64,000 nt of DNA from Octopus bimaculoides (Eukaryota): contig NC_068984.1 in NCBI RefSeq assembly GCF_001194135.2, forward strand, positions 97,093,700 to 97,157,699, given 5' to 3'. The position numbers and the translations under genes were made by a program. This document shows, piece after piece, positions 24,461-38,321 of this stretch (positions are counted from its first letter, which is position 1; each line of letters begins with the position of its first letter). The notes under the pieces were generated by a model. The model saw only the letters and a list, made by a program, of their open reading frames with translations, searched no databases and was not told the DNA's origin.

Positions 24461-27400
24461 AAAACCCCCAGTTTAAAATCTTTTTTCTTGTGTCATCTAT
24501 GCAAACCATTTCTATCTATTAACTTCAGATAGAGCTAAATTCTTGACCAGTTTTATTAAGTGCCAACATGATGGTTATTGGTGGTGTTGTGTTGCCATGA
24601 AGTGTAATAAACAAGGAAAAAGAGAAAAATAAACTTCCTAAGAGAGGCACAGGTTGCCTACTTCTGAAATTATAATTGGTAAAATAATTGTTTATATTTG
24701 GTCCGGCAGCCAAGACACTGTACAGGGTGTTACCAGGAACTCCTCTTTATTTCTTGGAGTTACTGAATAAGAAGTCCATTAGGTTCATCATAGAGCCAAA
24801 TGCTGACCGATATGGTTAGTAAGCTCCTAACAAGTTAGATTTGCATGTTGTGTTTGTGTGAGGATTTACATCCACATGCAGCTATAGAATATGTCTTGTT
24901 TGCTAAGATGAAGTTATTACAGCTCTACTGCAGCTACAGCTACCTCTTACAATGTTTGGAGATACAGGGTGAAAAAGCAATATATTCTATACAGATGTAT
25001 GGACATAAGTGTCTTCTAGAGGTTATCTCATAGTAATGTTGACACACCTACACTTGTTGCCAGGGAGAGTGTATAATACTAGACTTTACAGAAAGTGGTG
25101 TAATGGGTGTGTATTTAAATGTAAATATGTTATATATATATGTGTTTGTTCAAGTGTGTATCATCATCATCATTTAACATCCGCTTTCCATGCTAGTATG
25201 GGTTGGACGATTTGACTGGGGACTGGCGAAGTGGATGACTACACCAGACTCCAATCTGATCTGGCAGAGTTTATACAGTTGGATGCCCTTCCTAATACCA
25301 ACTACTCCAAGAGTGTAGTGAGTGCTTTTTACGTGCCACCGGCCCGAGGGCCAGTCTGGCGGTACTGGCAATGGCCACGCTCAAATGGTGTTTTTTATGT
25401 GTCACCTGCACAGGAGTCAGCCAATGTTTTGTTCAAATGCCACCGGCACAAGTGCCAGTAAGGCGAAGCTGGAAATGATCGCACTCAAACGGTGCCTTTT
25501 ACGTGCCACTGGCTCTGGCAGTGATCCCGCTCAGATGGTGCTGTTAGCGCTCCACTGGCACGGATGCCTGTCATCAAATTTGGTTCAGTTATGTAAAAAT
25601 ATATGTATGAATGTGTGTGTGTATGGATATGAAAGTAAACAGATAGACATACAGACAGATAGCTACATAGGTAATATGAACAGACATGCACATATACATA
25701 CACATACGCAAATGAAGACTGAAACACATGACCATATACTCACACACTTCACTTCACACATGGACACATGGAGACATGCATACACACATCCATTCATACA
25801 GACACAGTACATAGTCACAAAAACCCACACACACACACACACTCAGACATGCACATACAAGGAGACAGTTACATACACACATGCAGACACACACAAACAC
25901 ATGACTATGCAGAATACAAACAATCATGCACACACACATACATGCATACACACACTTACATGCATGCATGTATAGATACATGTGTTTGCGTTCACACACT
26001 GACCCACACACATGTGCACAAACAAACAAAAGAATGCAGCTTGGATAACGGACACAGTCAACAACTGTTGAAAAGGTTGCAGGTTGCAATGAAAATTTTA
26101 GAAAAATAAATAAGTAAATGAGTGGAAATTTTAGCAGTGAGTGTGTTAAANNNNNNNNNNNNNNNNNNNNNNNNNNNNNNNNNNNNNNNNNNNNNNNNNN
26201 NNNNNNNNNNNNNNNNNNNNNNNNNNNNNNNNNNNNNNNNNNNNNNNNNNATATATACATATATACACACACACACACACACATATATATAAGATATCAG
26301 GGACTGATGTTAATCCATTACAGTCATTTCTAACAAATTTTTCTAATTGATAAATGAATATGTTATATCATTGTATAAAACCATTTTCTTCAGATGAATA
26401 CATGAATCTTACAATCAAGAACATTTATGATAATTTTTTTAAATAATTTTAAATCTATGGCAACATACATATTCAATGATTCTGCCACTACAGTCACAGA
26501 AGTACTTATTTATTTTTAATTCACCTCTCTCAGAACATGCCTTTCGCATGTTCTGAAGTATATTATGGACTGTATATTTAATAAAATGTACGTGTTTAAA
26601 TAGCTCAAGAGCGGATTATATACTTAGCTGAGTCAAATTGAGTGCATACATTACCCAAATATCGTTCTGCCAGTACTTCAGTGTTCATCTAAAAGTTTAG
26701 TTAGGTATCTATCTAAAAATTATTCTGTGCATTTTATTCCGATCTAACTAGATGTCTCAACTTTAAGTACCTTATTCAACTGAATCTTGTTTATATTATA
26801 TTATATNNNNNNNNNNNNNNNNNNNNNNNNNNNNNNNNNNATATCCACACAAATGTATACACACACACATAAATATATACATATATCCAAAACCAACCTA
26901 CCAACTTATCTCTTTGTCTCAAGTTGTAAACAATACACATGTTAAATGATGATTATCATTATAGTATCTATTGTTGTTGTATAAATTTATCACTACATTA
27001 AATTTGATTCCAGATGATGTTAAACTTCATTTATTAATTAATCCATCAGTCAATGATCTATTGATAAGTAATATCCATTTATAATACCTTAAATGTTTAA
27101 CAATACAATAGATGGCAGTTGTATGGGGTGAGGTTTTGGTACTCATAGGAACAGATTGTATATTAGTGATTAATTGGTGTTAACAGTAATGAAGAGCCAA
27201 TTTAGTTTTAATTAATGAAAACGACACCTGTAGTGAGAAGGAAGAACTGTTAGTTTAATGAGTAATTCTGGTAAAGAAAGCTAGAAGAGGTAACTCTGGA
27301 ATTTAAATTGATATCCAATAATAAATAGATGCCTTTTGTTTTCCTTTGTGAAATACATGAGCTACAAGGTAAATGGCCTATTGGATATGGTGCTAGAATG

Positions 27401-28380
27401 TCAGTTTAAAAGGAGTGAAGGTGGGGTTATGTGTTGTAATTCACTCTAAATATGTTTCATTGTGATATTTACCAAAAGTATTTATATATTTTTCTTAGTC
27501 TTTTGTTTATTCTGTGAACACTAATACATAACTTTACATGAATGTTTACCCAAGATGAACTAGCTCCATATCCGTTGGACTAAAGTGACTAATCTTTCAC
27601 CGACTCAATATTATAGAAATAAAATACAGTCAGATTATCAGTCCACTTAGATAATTAGAGTTCGTGAATGTATTATTTGTAATACATTCTTGTCCCAGAG
27701 ATGTAGAAATTCATCTCTTATCCACTTAACATTACAATATAGACTATAGATAGACTGGTCTAACAGATATTTGCAGTTTTGGCTTCACTTGTTATCCTAG
27801 GTTGTTGGTGGAGAGGGTTATATCTCAGCAACACAATATTATAAACACCATAGTTACAGCTTTACACATTATGAAAGAGATGGTCTTTTTTTTTTCTTTC
27901 TCTCTCTTTAGCTGAGTACAACGTCAACTGCTTGGTTAAGAAGTTTCTTTCTCAGCCATGTAGCTTGAGGGTCAGTCATATTGCATGGCATCTTGCCATA
28001 AGTTAAAAGTCAAAGTCATACGGGTGAAATTCAGTTTCCAGATGGAAACTGTGGGGAAACCTGTTAGAGGTGCCATTCTTGTTGTAGACGTAATCCATCA
28101 CTGAGTTTAACAACACCTGGTCCTCAGGTGCTATTAGTGAAGTCCTCCTCTGATTCAAGCATTCAGACCAGATCTCTGGTTTGAGGATAACTTGCTTCCC
28201 TTCTATCAGTCTTAGATATCCTAAAAAATTAGTTATGGCTACTCTTCTTTCTTTGGCCAACAGTTGGAGGTTTTTATTTCTAAATATGGTTTTATTGCTC
28301 TCCCTCCCACTGCCATTATCTCTTACATGTACAATATTATTTTGATATTATTTCTACAATGTTTTTCATATTTTAAACAG

Positions 28381-28432
28381 GTTGAACCAAAGCTGTCAAC
28401 TCCCCGTATCAGTATATCGTCAGTTTCTACTT
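28381..28432 (+). CDS. Probable Ser/Thr-rich syndecan ectodomain exon (phase 0-1)
   Basis: Acceptor tttttcatattttaaacag| and consensus donor |gtaagt; 52 nt reading VEPKLSTPRISISSVST. In frame if joined to the 15003 donor and to exon 29725. Confidence 0.55.
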
Positions 28433-28486
28433 GTAAGTATAGCAGTATAAGAAATTCTTACACACACACATGCATGCATACACTCA

Positions 28487-28522
<36 letters not shown>

Positions 28523-29724
28523 AAAATCTTATACAGTGGCACTCACTCACTCATACATACATTACACACACACACAAACGCATGCATGCATATCTATCCA
28601 TGTATGTACGCATCACCCCAAAATATTCTGTTCCCTTTACACCACGCACACACTTACACTCACTCACTTATCTGATCTTCCCTGGTGGATTGGTAAAATA
28701 AGTAGAGAATCAGACAAAATACATTTTGAGTTCAAATCTTGTCCACTTTGCCTTATATCTTTTCAGGCTTGATAAAATAAATTATCAGTCAATAATCAAC
28801 TAATACTCAGGTCAAACAATTCTTCATGGTATTGCCTGTACCTTAAGGACAGTGGAGTGTGCAAACCCAAAGTGGCTACAGTAGTATTGTAAGGAACAAC
28901 TATCCTAGATATTAACTTTGAAATACATAACGATGGAGTGATCTCACACAAGTCTAATAATTCATGTGACATAGTCACCACCATGCCTGGCAGAAAAGGA
29001 AGAGATCTGCTCCTACAAATGATTTGATTGTTTTCACAAATCATTCTAGACATTATACACAAAAGTTAAAACACCATTTTCCATGCCAAAACAGAAGTTA
29101 TACTTGCAGGTCCATGCCAGTTTTCAGCATTTTACTCTATTTTCATCACTGCTCTCACCAACCTCATTTTCTCTTTAGTCATCTTTAGCTAAGTTTTTCT
29201 CATTCTTCTCCTTCCACATTCATTTCCATCACTCTTCTCACCCAGTCACTTTCATCTTTCCTTAGGACATGACCAGTCATTTTATCCCATTTCTTTTTGT
29301 AACATCCATATCTCACTCCCATAATTCACAGCACTTATCACACCATTCAGTTTCTGAAAGTGCTTCCATGTGCATCTCATTCTAGCCATTGTTGCCAAGT
29401 CCACCTGTTAGGTAACAACATGATAGCAATATGTTTTAACATCTGCATACATAACACCACATCAAGTTGCTTTTCTACATAGTTCAATCAATTCAAGTCT
29501 CTACATAGCTAAACCAATCAAATGCTGATTATTCAGCTATCCACTCTCATTCCATACATTTATCTCTATTTACTCCTCTTCACACTTGCCCAGTTTTGTC
29601 AATCAATCAGCTTACTTCCTTTTCCATGGGCAACCAATGAATCAGCCTCCCTCATTATCATCCTCCACTATTAACCAAACATATTACCCACTTAATTTCT
29701 TTTTCTTCTCTTTTCTCCCAACAG

Positions 29725-29817
29725 CATCAAGTGAGATGTCTTCAGCTCCAAATGATAAACCGATACACGAACCCAGACCAAATGAAAGTGCCACAGAGGA
29801 ACCAGGTATCATGGCAG
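29725..29817 (+). CDS. SDC: Syndecan juxtamembrane ectodomain exon (phase 1-1)
   Basis: Strong pyrimidine tract ...ttttctcccaacag| and donor G|gtgagt; 93 nt reading SSEMSSAPNDKPIHEPRPNESATEEPGIMA. The PGIMA end resembles the PGILA that precedes the TM in invertebrate syndecans. Confidence 0.85.
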
Positions 29818-30479
29818 GTGAGTTAAAACATTTTTAACTAAGCCTTTTAGTGTCTGAAATTAAACATTGCTTTCAGGCCACCTCCCATTATCCTCCTCTC
29901 TCATAAGATATTTCATGTTATATCATCTGGTTACCATTTGTCAGTATGGGCCAACTTGAGTTAATTGCTGAGGCTAAATTTAAACCTTCCATCATAATTA
30001 AGAACTTTTTAAGTTACAATTATTCCAAACACCAACCTGATTAATGAAAGTTTATTATTCTACTAAATCACTACAACTTCTTTATAATTAAATGAACCCT
30101 ATATTACATAAAATATGGTCACAGAAGTTAAATCTTATAGTTTGAATCTCTTTAATGTTAGAACTTGTAGCTTTAGAGACCTTATTTTTATGTTATTTTA
30201 TTTATTCATTTATTGAACTGCTTAACTGGCAGACTATTTGAAAAATAAGCTTTATTCTTGTGACCATTTAATTTTATCTAATTTTTTCAAGAAGAATCCC
30301 AAGATAATTATATTTACCATTTTAAGATAGTCTTTATAAAAGACATACTCCCAATTTGAAAACTATTTAATAAGTGTCGTGCACAAAACTCATAACCCTC
30401 AGTTTCTTTGTAATTTCTGCTGATTAAAATTATATATAATATATATGTTTAAACTTTATTGTCTATTCTGTTGTTTTAG

Positions 30480-30643
30480 CCATCATTGCTGGTGCCGTTG
30501 TTGGTCTCTTTGTCTGTATCCTGCTCACAATGTTCATTGTCTATCGGATGCGCAAGAAGGATGAGGGCAGCTACCCACTGGATGAGCCAACCAAGAGCAA
30601 CTACTCCTATACAAAGGCTCCTGACAAGGAATTCTATGCTTGA
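30480..30643 (+). CDS. SDC: Syndecan last coding exon: transmembrane and cytoplasmic domain
   Basis: Acceptor ttgttttag|. Reads (A)IIAGAVVGLFVCILLTMFIVYRMRKKDEGSYPLDEPTKSNYSYTKAPDKEFYA*, with the GxxxG TM motif, invariant C1 region and EFYA PDZ-binding end. Missed by the ORF track, which calls another frame. Confidence 0.97.
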
Positions 30644-32196
30644 GGCGGCAAAGGAACACCACCAACACCCCCTCCACCAAACATCAACTTCCAAGGCTTT
30701 ATATGTATTTTGTGGGGGGAGTTCCTTAATTCTTCCGTTGGGGCCATGGAAGCCTAGTGTTGAGCCTAACTACTACTACTATTATTACTATTACAAATAC
30801 TACTACTATTACATCTGATTACTGCTGTTTTGTTGTTTTTATATATATCTATATATATATATATATATATCTATATATATCTATATATATATATAGATAT
30901 GTGTGTATGTGTGTGTATATGTATGTCTACATACATATATAATTTTTCCATCATAAAACTTGACACACACATTCACGCACAAAGAACTCATATACACACA
31001 CACATTTCTTACACATGCATGCGTGTTGCATGCATGCACACATACACACATACATACACTCGTAAAAGATATATACATACATATTCATTGATCACATGCT
31101 CATTTCTCATTGGCACAAAAACACACATACGTACACAGACATATACATATGCATAACAATTACAGAAATAACTACAACAACTATATGAACAACAAAACTA
31201 AATGAAAAAACAAAAATAACTGACAAATGTAAAGATTATTATTGTTATTTTTATTGTTATTATTACTATTATACTACTACTATTATTATTATTATTATTA
31301 TTATCTCACTAAGATAAACTTCACCTTTCATCCTTCTGGGGTTGGTAAAATAAAGTACCTGTCAATACTGGGGGCATTTTAATTGACTAACACCTCATAA
31401 CCCCTCCCCCAAATTTGTGGCCTTGTGCCTACATTAGAAATTATTATTATTATTATTATTATTATTACTTTTTTGTAAACAAATAATTTTATCTGCTTAA
31501 AAAATAACAAAAAGTGAAGAAAAAAGTTGAAAAAAAAACATTTTTTTTAGCCGGAATTATGAATGTATGGTATAGATGACGGGGACAAGAGGGTGAACGG
31601 AGAGGGGAAAATGTGGTTGATGAAAGATTTTCAATAGAAAAAATTGAGGGAATGGTTTGGTTGAAAAAAAAATACAGAAAATCAAATACAAAGTATGAAA
31701 TTGTACAAAATTGATCCAAGAAAAACATAACAAAAAAATGTATAACAAAAACAATAGTGGGGGGTTGGAATTGATGGGGTGGGGACATAAAGAGGAAAAA
31801 ATAAAATTTTTTTTAAAAATAAGAAATCTCGTAATCAAGAGACTTGTTGGTTTTATTTTTTATTTTTATTTGTTTGTATGTAAAGATTTTGTGAAGACAT
31901 GTTTTAGTGGTTAGAGTGTTTGGCTCACAATCTTAAAATCATGAGTTCAAAAACCTGTGGCACATTGACTCCTGGAGCAAGACACTTTATTTCACATTGC
32001 TCCAGTCCACTCAGCTGGCAAAAATGAGTAGCACCTGTAATTCAAAATCCTTAGCAGCATATCTTGTGCTCAAATTCCACCCAGCCCGACTTTGCCTTTC
32101 ATCCAGTCAAGCACTGGTGCCAATGCAATCAAGTAACTCCCTTCCCCCAAATTTCAGGCCTTGTGCCTATAGTAGAAACGATTATTATTATTATTA

Positions 32197-32400
32197 AGGA
32201 GACAAGCTGACAGAATCGTTAACACACTGGAGAAAATGCTTAGCGGTATTTCACCCATTGCTCCGTTCTAAGTTCAAATTCTGCCACGGTCAGCTTTGCC
32301 TTTCATCCTTTCGGGGTCGATTAAATAAGTACCAGGGGATCGATATAATCGACTCATCCCCTTCCCCAAAATTGCTGTCCTTGTGGCAAAATTTGAAACA
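32197..32400 (+). mobile_element. Another short SINE family (copies at about 15098-15280 and 15497-15690)
   Basis: Shared agctgacagaatcgttaacacactgg...aaatgcttagcggtatttc...gttcaaattctgcc...gcctttcatcctttcggggtcga. Confidence 0.75.
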
Positions 32401-34570
32401 ATTATTATTATTGAAGTGGTAAATGGCAGTAATTGAAGCATTGTAGCATTTCTTCTGGCCTTTGACATTCTGTTCAAACCTTATCATAGTCAAGTTTGCC
32501 TTTCTTCCTTCTGGAGTTGATAAAATACTTGCCAAATACTAGGGTAAATGTAATTAACTAACCCCTCCTGCCTTGTGCTTATGTTAATTTCTTGCTTATA
32601 AGTGGTTGCCAGCATACTAGGCTACAGGGTAGCCAGAGAGTTGATATGGTAGAGAAATTTGGAGAGAGCTATCCCAGATTATCAGAATAAGCCTTGTTGG
32701 ATCATAATAGTTGACTCAAATGTTGTCCTCTACACTACATCAGACCTTGAGGCTGGTATAGCAAATAGGCATAAGGTTGTCAGTGACAAACTGATGCTGT
32801 CTCCATGGCATCAGATAGGATGTATAGGTAAAGAAACAGGAGGAAGATGTTAATTGTGTTGGCATCTGGCTAATAGACCAATGGCTGGTGAAGATGGAGT
32901 AGAATAGCCATCTGGCACAGAGTTGGTAACAGTCATTGCATTTATATCATCCTTCACACAAATAGTGTGTTAGAAGATAGAGTAGTAGAAGAGAGCTAGA
33001 GTGAAAGAGCAGGGGAGATGTAACAGAGAGGGTCATGTAATACAAAGAGAGTAACAGCTACATGATTATTGTTGGTAAGGACATTGGATAAAATCAGCAT
33101 AATTGATGGAGATTTAAGTGTAAGTATAAACATCCTGCTTCCAGGACATGTCCAACAAGGTGGTTGTTTGCATCAGAATTTGCTACGATAGCATGCTGAG
33201 GCAAGGTAATGAAAACTGTTAACTATGTGGCAACATAGTACATGTAGGAGTTAATGTGCTTTTTTTCTTTAAGACTACAATACCAACTACTTTTCAGAGT
33301 GTACAGGATGCATCTAATCATGGCCTCCAGATTGCCATGTTTTCAGTAAGATTAAAAGGTCCTCTCAGTGCTTTCTCACTTAACACTAAAGAAATGGTGT
33401 ATTGCAGAAGATGACATATGGTCATGAAGAGGAAATAACTTGATTGGAACAAGAGGAAGGAGTAATAGGACAGTGATGAGAGAGAGAAACTGATGGCAGT
33501 TACATGTTTTGGCAAAAAAGAAAAATGTGTTTTTACAGATAGTTGTTGGTAACAGGGTGTGACCAAGTAGTGAAGAGTCATAGAAATCAATAGAGGTAAC
33601 AGAATGATGGGTGTCACTGAGTGACCTCGGGAAGTAAGTGTGTATGCAATTAGAGCAAGTAAGAGCCACTGTAGTTAGTACAATACACAAAACCAGAAGG
33701 AAAAATGTCAAACCTACCATTTATATAGAATTCCACAAAATATTTGAATATTGTCAATAGAAGTTTTATTAATATCAAAATACAAACCAAACGTTAAAAC
33801 AAAGATACAACACTTCTGTAATAAAAACTAAAACCAATTACTGGTTGCTGAAAGTAACTTCGAGTTAACAATTTGCAATCCAATGTTTTGGTCATTTATA
33901 ATATGGTTCCCATCATTTGACCAACTACAAAAATGTGGCTTTAAAAAAAAAAAACTGCTTTATTTTGATGATGTGGTGAAAAAGGACTTAGGTCATTACT
34001 CCAAATTATAAATAAAAGATTAACAATGAAATATGAAAAATTATTAGTGAACAAAAAGAATAAACTTAAAACAGTTGTATCCCATATACATGGTTAAAAT
34101 AAAAGCTGTTCTTCCTCACTAAAGGTTATGTAATATTGTTGGATGGGGAGACAACACAAGCAGATATGTACATGTCCCAAAACTCTGATTTGGTGCATTT
34201 GATGCCTCAAAAACCTATATATTTAACATAACTGGACACAACATCATGTCCAGTTACATAATATATCTGTGGCTGAAGCAATTGTTTTAGTATCAGATTT
34301 TTCTTCACAATGCATAAGCCACTTTTTTTATAAAGCCATAATCCTTCAAAAATCCTCCAGTTGATGTTATAGGTCATAGCTTTTTGTCTTTTAGAGGGCT
34401 AATAGCTGAAGACAGTCTAAAATATTTTCTGGCCCTGAAGAGAAAGGCCAAATTTGTGATGCTGTTTTTGTTATGTTGATGTGTATTTGTTCGTGGAGAT
34501 CCTCAGTAATAGAGACTAATAGCAAACTTGAGTGTTCGGATTACATGCTGTTTAGGGATGCTAAGTGCAG

Positions 34571-34860
34571 TAGTTTTCTTAATATGTGTAGTGACTGTCA
34601 TCATGTATTGTACTCCTGCAGTGCATTGATGACACAATGAAAGTTTTCCCAATTAAGCACGAGTTCTCAAGCTGCCTTGCCACTATTGTCCGATCAGCTC
34701 TTAATATTGTCCATCTATGGCATTCTTTGCCTGCTCTTTGATCTACTACCCTCTACTCTTCTTTCCATGATAATGGTTTCCAAACTTCTGCTCCTTCAAA
34801 TATGGCCTTAATAGATGGCTATGTTCAAGAGTTGTCATCTTTCACCTACTTGATGTAACA
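34571..34860 (-). mobile_element. Second RTE family 3' end; a shorter copy lies at 35240-35357
   Basis: Remnant of GxxEGxRSxxRQRMxxMDNIK. A 118-bp near-identical direct repeat is shared between 34571-34688 and 35240-35357. Confidence 0.6.
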
Positions 34861-37551
34861 CCCATTCATTTGTTTGGTGATGCTTGTAAGAGCTTCCTAT
34901 ATACACATATTTCAAGCGCATTGAATATATTGTCAAAGTCATTGTAGAAATTCTAATTTAATGTATGAAATTTAGCATATATTTCATTAATTAAAAGTTA
35001 GTATTTTGGTGTGAGACAATTTTCCAGGGGTTTGAAACTTTATATGCTAGGTGTGATGCTATGAACACTACAGGCTCTGATGATACAGTAAATATAGCCT
35101 CAAGGAAAACATTTCATTCTCCCTGTACATTCAGTGTCATTAGAGAGTGAGAAGTGTGTGCATTTCCTTTCATACTGGAAACAACATAATTTGGTTGATG
35201 CTGAATTAAACTTGTAATTTGGAGAAGTGTTTTTATTAATAGTTTTCTTAATATGTGTAGTGACTGTCATCATGTATTGTACTCCTGCAGTACATTGATG
35301 ACACAACGAAAGCTTTCCCAATTAAGCACGAGTTCTCCAGCTGCCTTGCCACTATTGCGTCTAATACTAGACAGTAATGTCATGGAGTGAATGAGAGAGA
35401 AAAGACAAAGAGGGAATGCTATCTCAGAGTTACAAAAACCCCTATTTCTGGAGTTGAAATCTTCAATAATAAAAAAAAAGCTATTAAAATTAGAATTTCT
35501 AGACAGTGTAGACCTGTTTTCTTTTAGCAAAAGTTACATACTCCAAACTAATCAATAAACAGTATTATTATAGTATAGGTACATGGTAAATGAAAGAGAA
35601 TTAAGAATCCAGGTGGCTACCTATCAACATTTCTACGAATACTGGAGAACAGAGTGTATAGGAAAAACAAAAAAAAAAAAAAAACTGCTTCATTTCAAGA
35701 AAATGTTTTATACTAACTAAAAATCCAGGAAGTCTTTAATTGCAAAGTATCATATAACAAGAAACTGGTATCACATTTGTTCTTTGGTAAATCATGTTTA
35801 ATGTAACAACGTTTTCATCACTTCAACTATCTAATTTTCTCTGTGATTTTACAATGGTACAAACAACAAAACAAAAGTACAATTTATATATTACTATATT
35901 TATTCTAAAATACATAACAAAGTTCCCTTCTTTCTTTCAATTTAAAACAATTTTTTGTCAAATATATTTACAATTATGAACAGGCTTAGAATTGAATGGT
36001 TGAACAAGTTTATACATTTACTTCAATTGTTTTTTAAGACAGGTTCTTTTGAAGTCGGATGCCTTTCTATCAGGGATAGGGAATTTAGTCTTCTAGAAAT
36101 CAGGATTTTGCATGAAAAAATATCTTTTTTATTCCATCATATATTTATTTCAATGTTCTTAATTTCTTTAAGTCATTAAAATATTAGTTCATAATTTTTG
36201 CTAAGTGAACAGATTTAAAAAGTGAGACAGAAGTAAGCATCACAGTGAATGAGAGTTAGGTGTTCAATTTGATTGAGAAGAGTTGATAACCATGATGAAG
36301 CATTGAAAACTAACATTAATGTTATATTTTTATGAAATGAGATTAAATTTTACTATTAATTAAACTGACCAGGACTGTTGAAGGAATAAAATTTACATAG
36401 ATATATTTAACGACATTTAATCCCCTCTTGCTCCTTTATGGTATATGCTATAGATTAAGTTTTCGTAATAAATGTAATTTTCAGTATATTTAAATTTTAT
36501 TTTCCATGCAGTTTTATTAGAGTACACTTGATTTAATGTAGTAAACTTCAATTACAAATAAAGAATGCCTGGAGTAGATAATAGGTCAAACAATATTTTC
36601 AATAGGACTGAATCTATGACAGGCTAGAATTCATCTCATTCTTTCTCAGAATAGTGATTAAGATCTTTATGTCAAATTCAATCTCACTATCAATCCACAT
36701 TATAGGTCCTTGGCTGTGGAAGGGAAGATGTGTGGTATATTTTAAGAGACTTGTATTAAACAAAGTAAGACTTTAAGAGAAATAGCTACAATTAGAAACT
36801 GAACATGGCCCCAAACTCTATTCACTGAGAGAATACCACGACACTGCAGTGTACACAGACTAAAACACAGACAAGATAACAAGTAGTTTTACAACAACAG
36901 AATTAATACAAATAATTGATTAAAGAGCAACATTGGGAACCTGATGGTTATGAGTTAAGTTTTGTTAGTACCATCTTGTAGTGTTTGTTCTTCAACAAAA
37001 TACATCAATGTACAACATTGTTCTACCATCACAACAAGGGGCTGTTTTGGTGTAGCTGATGTTCATCTGAAAAGACTAAGCTTTGAAAACTTTAACAGTT
37101 ATATATGAAAATGTGTGACAGTGTAATATACCTAAGACAATGTTTACAATGTTACATGGCCATCAATGTAACACAGTTGTTACATAACCTACTGGATGTC
37201 ACATAATAGTGTTATATGATGAATGCTGAACACAGCACAACCTATTCAACCCAGTCATGGCAAATAAACTATTTAAAGAAAATATGAAGTGAATTGGATG
37301 AAGACCTAAAATATTCTTACAGTAATTAGTTCCATACTGGGCTTAGTCAGAAGTGGACAGAACTACACTGCTAGACATCATAGACATTAGGGGACAGAAT
37401 TACACTAAATGGACACTGCTACAGATCACAAATATCAAGAGCCAAAATTGTATCAGTGACAACCAGAATGGGGAAAAGTATGAACAAATGACAGCTACAA
37501 TATGCAGAGTATAAACATTAGTACAGTAATTAACCAGATTCATGGGGCAGG

Positions 37552-37629
37552 TCATGAGAACGATCGACAGTGAGCAACCATGTGATCAACACCACACCAT
37601 ACATTAATGACTTCCACTGGCATCGACAC
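37552..37629 (-). CDS. RCC1L: RCC1L last coding exon
   Basis: ttccattgcag|GTG; 78 nt reading VSMPVEVINVWCGVDHMVAHCRSFS*. Corresponds to the human C-terminus VTMPGEPVDVACGVDHMVTLAKSFI as recalled. Confidence 0.93.
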   Translation of the reverse strand: MSMPVEVINVWCGVDHMVAHCRSFS

Positions 37630-38105
37630 CTGCAATGGAAACAGAAAATGTTAAACTTCAACCATAAAATATGCAGTTTCTATTTTTCACATTTTAAATC
37701 TGACATTACTGTAATAGTTGTTGTTACTGTTCTTTAGCCATAAGTCAACTGTAATTGAGTAAATCTGTTCCAGTCATAACCATTTCCACTGTTATTCGGA
37801 TTATATTATCTACCATGTCTTTTTTCCTTTTTTTAAGACAGTAAAGAATGGTTTGAGGGAGATTTAGCTACTATTTCTAACAAACCAAGCAGACATCTAA
37901 AGGCCTCTTTGTTGTTTTACATTCAAATTTCTTTACTTGCATGACTGGCAATTTCTCCATTTGTTAAAGATTTTATTATTTTTAATATTTATGTAAAATC
38001 AGTGAACCATGAAGTCTACTATTCAGTCACTGTTCTTAAACAAAGAACAGGTGTATATTTTTCCAAGAAGATAAAATAACAGATAACTCACATGAAGATT
38101 ATGTA

Positions 38106-38321
38106 CAAGGGGGTGCTAAAAAGTTCCAGGCTTTAAGAGTGTTGCAAAAGGCCTGGTTGGAGGCCCAATCTTCTAAGTTCTTTTACAGAGCTTAGCAAAA
38201 CTGAAGGACCATTGCAATAAGTGAATAAATCTGAGGGGAGAATATGTTCAATAAAATCATAAATAAATGATCCTACCGTATTTTCTTTTGCTCAAAGCCA
38301 GGAACTTTTCAGCACCCCTCA
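38106..38321. mobile_element. Tc1/mariner-type MITE (second, internally deleted copy at about 6366-6533)
   Basis: Inverted ends caagggggtgctaaaaagttccaggcttt / aaagccaggaacttttcagcacccctc, preceded by TA. The internal sequence is shared with 6366-6533. Confidence 0.75.

Noticed and set aside
24529-24635. Possible third thyroglobulin-like exon (KCQHDGYWWCCVAMKC) after an AG
   Set aside because: Cys spacing does not fit, the frame hits TAA and there is no convincing donor; likely chance.
30486-30818. 110-aa ORF called by the track over the syndecan last exon
   Set aside because: An alternative frame of the true exon; the conserved syndecan frame ends at 30643.
32600-33700. Possible decayed LINE sequence (also about 2880-3350, 28790-29100 and 46060-46760)
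   Set aside because: Only faint motif traces; too degenerate to assign by eye.
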